Below are positions 50,794-61,844 of a stretch of 64,000 bases of DNA, in pieces. Source of the stretch: Raillietiella orientalis (lineage: Eukaryota). The notes under the pieces were generated by a model. That model worked only from the letters and a program-made list of their open reading frames with translations. It did no database searches and was not told the DNA's origin. Every line of letters starts with the position of its first letter. Within the stretch, counting starts at the first letter, position 1. Position numbers and translations under genes: made by a program. The stretch is from positions 124,001-188,000 of the forward strand of contig JAYWIR010000053.1 of the NCBI GenBank assembly GCA_036172245.1, in the 5' to 3' direction.

Positions 50794-51671
50794 GTTCCGG
50801 CGTTGGAGCGACGTTAATCGGGCACACCACTTTGGTGTGGCCCTTCGCGCCGCACGTTGGGCAAACCGCGTCCGGGCACCGCTTTTTCAAATGCCCGAAC
50901 GACTTACAGTTTCCTCAAAATTTAGGTTTCCCCACAAACCAAATGTCTACGAACTCGTCGCCAATTTGGAGCTTGTGGGGAAGCTGTACGCTTTCTCGAA
51001 GCGTCACGCGCGCGCCTACTCGCCCACTAAATGCACCGTTCACTCCGAAGGTGTTGGGCTTTCTCCACATCGCGAAAATGCTTGCGTATTTTTCCAGTTC
51101 AGCGCGGATGGCGTTCTCATCCATCCGCTCTGTTGTCCCTGTTAGGTGGACCACAATGGAGTGGTCCACCGTGTGTGGGAGCAAATTCCTGCCCTCAAAT
51201 TGTACGGGCGTGCAGAGCATCTTGTGGGTAATTGCTGCATCCTTGCAGATGAGCTCCGCCAACTGCCCTCCGCTCCGTATAGAGAGGCAAAGAATTTCAT
51301 GGTCGGCAATGCCCATCTTTTTGATGGCATTGCCGAACTTTCTCGCCCTTAACGGGGAATATAAATTGCCTACCTTGTACAGCAGGACCGGATTGTATCC
51401 CTCCTGTATGTAGGAATTGATTTCGGCGGCGACATCGGGCGTTTCCGCCGCTGCCACCGCGCTCCAGGCCCTCGCCGTAGTGGCGGGTTCAGAAGAAGTG
51501 GTGGGGCGTGATCCCACCTCCTTTGGCTTGGGAGACGCGGTCTCCCCGCCTCCCTCACCTGAAACTGCGGCGTTCACAGGCATTTCTGCCTGTCAACGGC
51601 CGCGAAACTCACATGAAACACCAGAAAAGAAAAACTCCTTATCCACGGAGCGCACAACAATTGCGTCCGCC
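50794..51671 (-). mobile_element. LINE family C-like copy E, 5' piece (5' UTR + ORF1 to second knuckle)
   Basis: GGACGCAATTGTTGTGCGCTCC 5' motif, YNPVLLYKVGNLY, WFVGKP and CPTCGAKGHTKVVC. Confidence 0.82.
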
Positions 51672-54222
51672 GTGCACCGCGCAGTCACGCGCTACTACTC
51701 CTCGTTGGACGCGGAGGAGCCCACGGAACGCAGTCTCTCCGAGCTGCTCCTTCCGACGGGCAACCCTGCAATCGACGAGGAGGAACGCGCCAGATTGGAT
51801 TGGCTTTTCACGGCGGAAGAAGTATCTTTTGCCATAGCGGGCCTGAAAAGGCGTAAGGCGCCTGGGGAAGATGGCCTGCCCGCGGAGTTTTTTCAGTGCT
51901 TCGCGGCGGAGCTCGTCCCCCTGGTGCTAAGCCTTTCCTCGCTGATGCGTGAGACAGGAGATGTTCCCGCTTCTTTCCGCTCAGCAAAGGTGCGGCTCCT
52001 GCCGAAAGGCGGTGATTTGCGCCACCTCAGTAACTGGCGTCCGATCACATTGGTGAATTCGGACGTCAAGTTGTTCTCCAGGCTATGGGTCGCGCGCCTG
52101 GGGAGAATCGCAGAGTCCTTGGTAAGTCCGGAGCAGACGTATGCTGTTTCGGGGCGGTCCATGGACGCGAATCTCTTCTTCGCGCGAACATGGTTCGAGT
52201 TGCAGCAGCGCGTGGCGCAGCAGAGCCAAGCAGCCGAAATCGCCGCTGCCAAAGGAAAGCGGCGGTGTTCAATGCACGATTGAACGCCTGGAGCCTTAGC
52301 GGTCGCCGTCGATCTCTGCAAAGCGTTCGACAGCGTAAATCAGGACCTCCTTCTAGAGCCTCTGGGACGCCTAGGGCTCCCGACGCACCTCATCGCCTAC
52401 TTGCGCTCCTGCTGGCGCTACGCGTTATGCTGTATCTCTTTCAGCGGGCGTCACGTGTACGGTGTTTCCATACGGCGGAGTATCAGGCAGAGAGTCAGAT
52501 TAAGCCCCCTGCTCTTCAGCATCTTCTTTGAGTTGGTTCTGAGGGCGTACAGGCTGACGCTGTCCAACCTGCCGAGCTCCTGCCCGGGAACAGCGGCCGT
52601 GGCCGCCTATGCTGACGACCTTCTCCTGCTGCTGCCCATGTCCACCCCGGCGTTCCCTTGTGCGCCTTCTGTCCAGCAGAAGCGTGGTCGGGCTGCCTTC
52701 ACAAGGCAGACTGCTCTGGGCCCGCTCCAAGGCGGCAGGTTTCTCCTGTCGGAACGGGCCTTCGTGTGGAACATTTTCGTTGCCACCCTCCTCCGTCCCC
52801 TCTTTTTTGTTTGTCCCCCTCCATACTCGGCTGAGCGCCGGGCGCAACGCCTGTTGCGTAACGCCCTGTGGGGACCGGAGAGGTCCAGGATACGCCGGAA
52901 GGACTTGGCGTCTCCTCGGCGGGATGCAGGTTTGGGCATCCTGACGCTGGAGCCGATCGAACTGCTAGTGCAGTTCCGCATGCTGGCACTTTGTGCGCAG
53001 CTCTGGACTACTCCCTGGTGTGCTGCAGCGCGGCTGCTGCTGCGACGCAGCACGGGTGGCGACGGACTACGTTCGTTGCATTTGCGCACGGAGCGCGCCC
53101 AGAGAGCATTCGGCTTCCCTTTGAAACAGCTCGCCACGCTTCTGGGAAAGCATGAGTGGATCTCCTGCCGGCAGACGAACTTCAACGCCTGGAGGCAGGA
53201 AGCCTTATCGTCCTGGGAAGCGCAACAGGATGTGTCGCGTTTGGAACTCCGTTGCGTGAAACTTTCCTCATACTGTCCAGTGGGGGAGGTGCTGGAAGAC
53301 CAGGACCAGTGGACACTCCTATTCGCTACGGCACTCGCCGCAGCACTGTGTGCACTGATGGTGCCAGATGACAGTGACCTGCCGGCGAGGTGGGAGATCA
53401 CTAGCGAAATCGCAGGCGAAACCCGACTGCTGGGCGGCTGGCGGACTTGCGAAGTGGCAGACGCTGCCACAGCTCGCATTCTTGCTAAGGGGCTTCTCCG
53501 GTGGAGTGAGCTCCTCGGGGTGCCCACCGATGAACTTGTGGTCCCTTCTGCGTGTTTGGACGCGACTCTCTTCCCCCTTCGGTGGAAGAAGGACGCTTTT
53601 CTGCTGGTGCATTTGGGTTTGTACTGCAACCAGAGGGCGCACCTGATTTCCGGGGGAGTTGCGTCCTCGAACTGTGCCAAATGCGGAGCGGTGGAATCGC
53701 TTCCGCATTTGCTGTTGGAGTGCGGTGCCCTCCAGGAGCTGTGGCAGCGGCTGTTTTCAGCGGTCCTGCATCCTGGACACACCGCACTGGATTGGATGCG
53801 CCGCTTCTACTCGCGTGGCGAACTTTGTCTTGGAGCGTTCGACGCAATCATCTGCTGCGTCCGCGCCATTGTCAGAGCCCGCTACGTATTGCAGATGCGG
53901 GCAGTCTCAACATCGGTCCCCGACACCGTAGCCTGCAACCTGCAAATGGCTGCCGGGTGGCCACATCTTGGAGCAAAAGTGAGGATGGAGATCGGCGGCT
54001 TTCACCGCCGGTTCTAAGAACAGGAACGATTAGACTGTATACCTCTATCCCCGCCCTCCCACCCAGTTTATTTATTTATTGTCCCACCCCATCCGGTTCC
54101 GAACTCTCAGTGTGTCCGGACTGCGTTCCGGGAAATCTACTCCCCATTTTCTGTTCATCTTGCCTCGGAAAACAGTTCTCAGTTGATATCATAATAAACG
54201 TTTTGGCGCAACCAAGTAATAA
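51672..54222 (+). mobile_element. LINE family D copy D, 3' piece (RT to 3' end)
   Basis: Resumes at VHRAVTRYYSSL exactly where 18358 stops. Has AYADD, CAKCGAVESLPHLLLEC and a degenerate hairpin end, followed by ACGACAAC. Confidence 0.85.
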
Positions 54223-55416
54223 ACGACAACGCTGCATTCTTTAATTTGCTCGCTTGCCTGCTGTTTTTTCTGGCGGTACGCGAGCTTTTTGTCCATCCTC
54301 CTCTCCTTCTTTGGTTTTTGGCTGTAGCCAACTGCCACCCAGGCTCCTGGCTTGTTCCCTCGACTTGTTCGGCGTTGTTCGCCGGGATCTCGGGTGCGGC
54401 CTGGGCCTTGGGCGCGGGTGGCACAGCCTTGGCGGCATCTTTCGCCGCCAGCCTTCTCTGCAGAAGCCATGCACGTTTTTAAAGGTATCTCTAGGAAAGC
54501 ACCCGCACTGCTGCTTTAGGGCACACCTCCCTCGTGTGTCTCATGGTTGCGCATACTTGGCACTGCACATTAAGACACCTCTTTTTGATGTGGCCCGACG
54601 TATTGCAGAAGCCACATTATTTCGGTTTCCCCACATACCAGAGGTCGACGGTTTCGCCTTCGACCACCAGTTTGTGAAGAAGAGTGCAGTTCTCATAAAC
54701 GGTCACGCGCGCAGCAGTAAGGCCGTGCTGCAGCCCCGTGTAGTCCTAGAAAGGACTAACTTTCGTCCACTGCGCGTGGACCGTTCCAAATTTTCTAGCG
54801 CGGCGCGAACCTGTTCCTTGCGCATTCGCGCGGTACCACCTAACAGGTGGACCACCATGCTGCGGTCCGCCGTAATAGGGAGGAGCCTGCGCGTCCTTAT
54901 CACCACGGGGGTTTGAAGCTGTCGCTGGGCCAGCTCTGCTTGTTTGCAGATGACCTCAACGTACTGACCCCCGCTGCGGATGGTCATAGCGCTGAGCTCC
55001 TCCTCTTTCACCTCGAGAGCGCGCATGCCCTTCGAAAAGGCGCGCGCGTTCTCTAAAGAATATAAATTGCTTACTTTGTAGAACAATGAGGGGTTGTACT
55101 TCTCCTCTACATACTCCGACAATTCCGCCGCGGCTGCAGGCGATGGCGCCGACACAACGGCGCCCCACGCCCGCGCTGCAGGGGGACCGATTCTGTGGGG
55201 GCGCATGCCCCCACTTCCATCGCCTCCGGGGGCGACGTTGCCGCCTCCCCCTGGCTCTCCATCGCCTCTGGGGGTGGCGTTGCCGCTGCTTCCTGGCCGT
55301 CACTGGTGTTCGCGTCATGGATCGCTGCCTGATCGACCACCGAACCACACGACGCTTGCACTGGGGGAGACTTCCTGGCATGAGGAGCATCGAGAAAACA
55401 CGTCCACACTAGAGCA
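54223..55416 (-). mobile_element. LINE family B copy B', 5' piece (5' UTR + ORF1)
   Basis: Colinear with 36645-37845. Starts TGCTCTAGTGTGGACGTGTTTT. Confidence 0.9.
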
Positions 55417-57470
55417 CGCAAAGCGTTCGACTGCGTGACTCAGGATCTCCACCTGAAGCTCCTGGTACGCCTCGGTCTGCCGGTGAACCTCGTGGCCTCT
55501 TTGCGCGCCTGCTGGCGGCATTCGCTCAATTTTATTTCTTTTAGCAGCTGCCACGTGTACGGCGTGCCGGTGTGCCAGGGCGTCAGGCAAGGTAAAAGCT
55601 TAAGCCCATTGCCCTCTAGAATCTTCTTTGAGTTGGTGCAGAAGGCGTACAGGCTGACGCTGTATAACCTGGAGAGCTTTTGTCCAGAACGCCGTCCGCG
55701 GCTTTCTATGCTGACGGTCTTCTTCTCCTTTTACCCATGTCTTCCAGTCTCGCGGACTTCTTCGAGGTGATTCGCCGGGGACTGGGCGTAAGCGTAAACC
55801 GGAGCAAGAGCGTGGTCGTTCCTATTGGTACGGCGTGGGAGGGGCAGTCCTTCTGGATCCACCTGGGGATCGCGACTGCTTTCTCCATTTTATATCTAGG
55901 CGTTCCACTGGGGAACATCAGCTTAGTGGAAGTGTAGTGGGACGTTTTCGGAAGGCTACGAGTGCACTGCGCCCGTTCTGCCATGGCAGGTTCGGGCCGC
56001 GATATGGAACACTTTCGTTGCCCTCCTCTTGCGCTTCCTGTTTTTTCTTTGCCCGCCATCAGACTCGGCGAAGCTTCAGGCGCACACCCTGTTGACGAAT
56101 GGACTGTGGGATCCTGCGCGGTCCAGGTTCCGCCTGAAAGTCTTGGCGGCTCCGCGTCGGGATGCTAGCTTAGGCATCCTGACGCTGGGGAGAATCGAAC
56201 TGCTGGTGCAGCTTCGGATGTTGGCCCTGTGCGCCAACCTTTGTTTCACCACGTGGTGCGCTCCTGCGCGCCTGCTCCTGCGGCAATGTACCGGCAGCAA
56301 TGAACTTCTGTCGCTGCGACCGCACACGTAGCGCTCCACGAGTAGCTTCGGTTTCCCGTTTGAACCACTCTACCGGCATTTGGCAGCCCAATCATGGATC
56401 TCCTGCCGTTCAACGAACTCTGATTCCTGGTGGCAAAAACCGTTGCATGGCTGGGAAAAGCACCAGGGTGTTTCTCTCCTGGATCTTCGTTGCATTCACC
56501 TCTTCCCGTACTGCTCGGTGGATGAGGAGTTCAACAGCCAGGAGAAGTGTACTCGCCTGGCCGTCACGCCCCTCGCCGACGCGCTGTCAGCCCTCAGAGC
56601 AAGAGATGACAGCTGCGAACCGGCGAGATGGGAGGTCGCCTGCACCGTCGTAGGAAGAACACGACCTATTGGCGGCTGTAGGACTTGCGAGCTGGCAGAC
56701 GCCGCAACGCCTCCCCACATCCCGAAGGGACTATTTCGATGGAGTTAACTCTTGAGTGTGGCCCCCGAAGAACTTGTGGTCCCTCCCTTCTATATAAACA
56801 CTTCTGTGTTCTCCCTTTAGTGGAAGCAGTACGTCATCATACTGCTGCATTGGGGTTTTCACTCCAACCAGCGGACGAACCTTGTTTCCGGAAGAGTTGT
56901 CTCCCCAAACTGTAAGCGGTACGAAGAAGTGGAAACACTCCCGCACCTGCTACTGGACTGCGGTGCTCTCCTAGGAGAGTGGCGGAGGCTGGCCTCAGCT
57001 CTTCTGCACCAGGGGGACACCACGAGAGACTTGATGCGCCGCTTCTTTACGCCAGGCGTCTTTGGGTAATGTCGTTGCAACCGTGTGTTGCACCCGCGCC
57101 ATCCAAAAGGCTCACCGAGAGTTGGAGACGCTGGCCAACCTTCGTCAGCACACCGGATTAGCCAGCACAAGCATGTCGTCGGCTGCCGAGTGGGCTCAAC
57201 TGCCACAGGACGTAAGGAGAGAGATCGCCGGCATCCATCGCTGGTTTTGAAAGAAAGGAACGGCGTTACCAAAGTCCGCTGTCTCCGGCCCTTCATATTT
57301 TCATTTTTTTTATAGTAGTGTATTTGTGGTCCCCTCTCTTCCTTTCCGTACTTTTGGCATACCGACCTGCGTGTCTGGGATCTCACCCCCTTCGTCTCTT
57401 GTTTTTTAATTTTTCCAAGAACTCTGTACCTTGATAGTTTCTTAATAAACGCCTTGGCGCACCCGGGTGA
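55417..57470 (+). mobile_element. LINE family D copy D3, 3' piece starting at RKAFDC
   Basis: RKAFDCVTQD, degenerate RT and zinc finger. Terminus AATAAACGCCTTGGCGCACCCGGGTGA. Confidence 0.85.
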
Positions 57471-57473
57471 TGA

Positions 57474-59498
57474 ACAGTTCGTACCCCGCGATGGTCTCGT
57501 TCTCCTGGACCTCTGCCGCGGTGTTAACGTGGATCTCTCGAAGCAGGCTCAGGTCGAGTTCACGCAGGGTGTCGGCCGTATCTCGCCTGTTACCTTGGTC
57601 GCGCAGCCCGTTGACATTCCGCGACGACTGTCGAGCCCAGGTGCTACTCCTGGAAAAGTTGCAGTACGGCGTCCGTCACCTGCTGGGGCGGGATGCTATG
57701 TGGAGGAGGAGGGTTATGTGCTCAAGGCACCTGGTCCCCCTCCTCCATGGGTAACGGCTCGTCGAGCGGGTCACACGCAGTTGGGGTCGCGCCTACCGGT
57801 TGGCTCTCCTCCATGGGGGCGGGCTGTTCAGGGTCGGCGCCTGCAGGAAGGACTTCACCCACCTGCTCACCCTCCTCCATGGGGTGGCCAGCTCGACGGC
57901 TTCCGAGCGTGGGAGTTCCCCCTCCGGGAATCTCACGCTTCCGCTACCTTTCTGCTTCTCCTCCTCTCTGGTGGAGGGCAGGCGCCTCCTGGGCTTCTGG
58001 GGCTAGCGTCCCGACTTCCTGGTGGGCGCCTCCGCGGAGGAGGACGAACTTCGGTCCCCCAGGTCGCATTCACCTGCAGGGGCCTTCTTTGCTGGAGCCG
58101 GCCTTTGCACGGCCTTGCGCGGGAAGTTCTCACGCTCCTCCGGCGTGGCCGCGAGCTCCTCCGCCGCCTGCGCGTAGGCAGCGTCCTCGCCGGCGGCGAG
58201 CGCTTCGCGAGGCCAACCCTCTGTTTGCACAGAGGGTTCGCCGTCGCGAACCTCGGGCGCGCCAGAAACGGCGAGGGGAGGCTCGTCGCTCCGGGTGGCA
58301 GCCTCGGGAGCGATGACGAGTTTCGGTGCTAGCTAGCACTCGCGGAAAGTTTTCGATCGCGTACAGGGTTTCTTTGTTTTCGCGATCTTCTTTTTCCCTG
58401 CTTTCTCCGGTTCTTCGTTGGAACCCTTCCTCTCTTTTCTGGCTTTTACAACCTGCCAGCCTACTTAACCTTCTTATGCTTGGTACGGTTGTTCCTCCGA
58501 ATTTTGCGCCGGAGGTTGAGGTGCTGGCAGCTTCTCCCGTCCACTTTCTGCCTTCGGTCTTGCGACCTTTAATGCGCGTTTCCCCTGCGCTTTTTTGGCG
58601 GCAGGAGGAAGCGGGGTGGGGCGCTTGGGGCACACGCACCGAACGTGACCTCGTTCTTCGCACAGGTAGTACTATATGTTCGGATACCTTTTGCGTAGGT
58701 GTCCTACTGTGTTACAGTGCCCACAGTAGCGTGGTTTTCCCACGTATCAGAGGTCTACGGCTTCCTGGGAGAACTCGAGCTTGTGAGGTAGCGCTCTACC
58801 CTCCTTCACGGTGACACACGCTGCGGCCTGGCCCCCGAAAACGCTATTGTAGCCCTCAAAAATAGAAGCTTTAGGCCTCAGCTCGTGAACCTCTCCGAAT
58901 TTTTTCAATTCCTCACCAACCGCAGACCACATCATGCGGCTGGTGATGCCGGTCCGATGCACCACTACGGAGCGGTCCATCGTGACTGGTAGGATCTTGC
59001 GCCCATCCCTGTCCAGCGGGGTGGTGATCAGACTTTGCGTCAAGTAATTTCCTTACAGACAACCTGGACCCGCTGACCCCCGCTAAGCACGGAGAGGCCG
59101 TCACGATCCTTTGCTAAAAATATTGGCGTTCTGCAGCGCTTTCGTGAAGGCGCGTGCAGTTCGCCCTTAGAAAAGCTTGCCTTCCTGGTAGAGTAGCGAA
59201 GGTTCATAACCCGCTATCTTGTAGGCTTCCATCTCGGTCATGGCTTTCGCGCTAGGCGCGGCACCCATGGCTCTCCAACTCCTCGCCTTGCGCGGAGAGG
59301 GCGATTCCGGGGATGATGGCCCTGTTCCATTTGGCTGTGGGGGAGTACTAGCCTCCCCCACGCTTACATTAAGCGCAGTGTTCTCTGGCATCGTCGCCAT
59401 CGGACACCGGCGATGTGTGAAAACACGAATACTAGCAAAGAAACTCTCTCCAAGCCTGGCTGACGAAGCGTGAAAAAAACACGTCTGTACTCGACGAG
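57474..59498 (-). mobile_element. LINE family A copy A4, 5' piece (5' UTR, ORF1, first codons of EN)
   Basis: AGACGTGTTTTTTTCACGCTTC 5' motif. ORF1 is homologous to 33251-34449 and 43924-45058. Confidence 0.85.
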
Positions 59499-60006
59499 TG
59501 GAATCTGGGGACCGGGTCCGCAACGAAAATTCGTATTTGTATGCCCGTGGTTACGCGAAGAAATCAACGTACGTCGCTTGGCAGAATACCGCGTCGAGAC
59601 AGAGAGCGAAGCCTGGCAATCCGGGTCGGCCAGCTTGCTGGACGACCAGTGCCGGGAACACATATCCCCGGCGTCGGTACGGAATCTCCTGTTGTGCTAT
59701 TATTCCTCCCTTTATGCGAGACCCCCCCGGTACGAGACGATTTTTGGCGCTTGCTTCCAGATGCTGCCCTTGTAATAGGGGAGGAGGAGAAGTTGAGCTC
59801 CGACGAGCCTTCTACACCGGCAAAATTCTCGCCGGTAACCAAAGGCTCAAGAGGCGTTAAGCTCCTAGGGAGGACGGCTTGACCGCAAATTTTCTCCAGT
59901 GCTTAGCGGAAGAACTGGCACTTTCGGTGCTTCAGTTGACAAGACTGATACGAGACGAAGACTTTGGGCAGCCAAGATAAACCACAGGAGCAACGAAACG
60001 TTGATG
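59499..60006 (+). mobile_element. Degenerate LINE ORF2 fragment J (linker, then deletion to C-terminal region)
   Basis: VRNENSYL, WQSGSASLLDDQ and AEELA, then WAAKINHRSNETL. Confidence 0.75.
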
Positions 60007-60615
60007 TTCACCCGGATGAGCCGGGACATTGATTTTAAAAATTCTTACAAAGCAAAATTTCATGATAAAATCATTTGTTTTCAATGTTTGGTTTTTCGTT
60101 TATTTTTCTGGTCGACACACATGACCAAACTGTCTTCGGGCACTTATCCTTACCGACCCGTAAGTCTATAAAGTTCCCTATTGGCGCACGGGATGCAAGA
60201 AAACCAAAAAATAGATTGAAATAAGCAAAACAACAAAAACGATGGAAGGCACAAGGTTTTTTTGGAGGGGAGGAAAGGGAAGGGATCACAGTGCACCGTA
60301 GAAAGGGCTTTGTATCCGGGTTTGGATGCGAAGAAGTGCCGACCAATTTTTTGTGAAGTCGCCTCCCACGGGAAGACTTCTGCAAAGAGACGGTTGCTCA
60401 GTGATAGCATTGCAACATCTTCGTCCTCTCCTTGTTGCCGTCCACTTCTCCAGAATTCCGCGTAAGCAGCAGAGCACTGCTACACCTGCGGGGCTGAAAT
60501 GTGTCTTGCAACTGGAGGCGTCTAAAAATGTTTTTTCGGTCGCCAATGCCACAATGTGTAGGGCAGATGAGTGTCTATCCCTCATCTGGCGGAGAGCAAC
60601 ACACTCCACCATCTC
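60007..60615 (-). mobile_element. LINE family C-like 3' end
   Basis: VECVAL..LCCLRGI and terminus AATCAATGTCCCGGCTCATCCGGGTGAA. Confidence 0.75.
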
Positions 60616-60983
60616 TTTGCAGGAGGCGTCAATTCAGTGCGTACTAAGAAAACTTCTGTTGGCACTTGGTGGCATCCATACCCGGATGCAAAGGCCTCCC
60701 TACGGAGTACCGCGATCAGTTCTATTCCCCCCCCCTTCCAAAAAGCATTGTCTTCCCAGTCGTTTGCTTTTTTTTTTTCCCTGTATCTTTTTAGTCTTCT
60801 GAGCCTGTGAAGAGGTCCTTACCTGCTTGAAGCTCGGTAAGGACAAGTGTTTAAAGACCTTCAGAACTCTATCTGCTGAAACATAAAAAAAAAAATCTTT
60901 ATTGATTTTTTTAAAAGACAGCGTTTTATGGAATTTTGATACAAGAAAATTTCAATAATAAAAGCCCCGGATTACTCGAGTGA
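60616..60983 (+). mobile_element. LINE family C-like 3' end, inverted relative to 60007-60615
   Basis: Homologous 3' UTR and terminus AATAAAAGCCCCGGATTACTCGAGTGAA. Confidence 0.7.
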
Positions 60984-61430
60984 AGATCCACGAAGATTTA
61001 CTCGACTACGCTTGAACTAGATTATGAAAAACCCACGCAACTTGCTGTTGGCCCCTTCTACCTTTCCTCCTACCTTGCTGCTCTTCCTCACGAACACTAG
61101 GGACTGAAACATTCGGGAACTGTTGGAGGTGTCCTGTTTCGTTGAAGGCACAAGGAAACTCTTAGAAGCGTGCACGATACAAGAGTTATTCGACGTTTCG
61201 TCTTCGAGCCCAAGTCTAAAACACTTCTGCATCGAAGCGAACTGCTCGGACCATGATCTTTTTGAGGACTGTGTCAAGATGATCTCGCGAAAATAATTTA
61301 AAAGGAGCGCATGTCAGATGCCGAAGACGAATCTAAACGAACAGTGATTTACTTCCTGCCTTCCCTTCCTACAATAAATGTTTCTTCTTTTTCAATTCTT
61401 TCCCTTTATTTGTGTATTTCTTTTTCCTTT
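60984..61430 (+). mobile_element. Highly degenerate ORF2 C-terminal fragment (probable continuation of J)
   Basis: LEVSCFVEGTRKLLEACTIQELFD resembles the family A segment WQVSCCIEGREKLISGWTTGELAD. A pyrimidine tract follows. Confidence 0.55.
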
Positions 61431-61539
61431 TCTCTTGTCCTTCAAGATCAGCGTTGTGTAGAAGAAGTTTATTGATGGATACTTCGACATATCCGGTTGT
61501 TAGACATCGTTTGGGGTTGAGCATTTCCAGCTCTTCTCG

Positions 61540-61840
61540 TAGGGCGGGCACTCTGTCCTGCACTACCAGATTTGGCGCTCAGCGCTTGCCTTTCACTCTG
61601 CAAGATGCTCGACGTCAACGATTCTGGAAACGGTCACCGTCTGCAGAAATTCTCAATTGTTAGCTACGACTTCCCCGGATCCGCGTGGAAGGCGATGCAA
61701 AGAGAACCGGCTGCAGAGCTCTCCGACAAGTCTTTTGAAATGGTCACTGTGCGAATGTTTTTTGATTTCGAAGTCGCAAAGACGCTGACAAAGATGTTCA
61801 GCAGCTTCCCAATAGCTATGCAATCCCTTTATAAGCTCCT
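61540..61840 (-). mobile_element. Degenerate family D-like ORF2 linker fragment
   Basis: EAAEHL..RFSLHRLPRGSGEVVAN. Confidence 0.6.
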
Positions 61841-61844
61841 GTTG

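Noticed and set aside
18347..51673. 12-bp TSD for element E (TGCAGCCGAAGT vs TGCGTCCGCCGT)
   Set aside because: Only 8 of 12 positions match, and the right copy overlaps E's own GGACG 5' motif. The TSD is unresolved.
44950..53782. Long opposite-strand ORFs (44950-46428, 49199-50320, 52607-53782) as separate genes
   Set aside because: These are shadow frames of GC-rich ORF1/ORF2. They have no recognisable motifs, and some cross element junctions.
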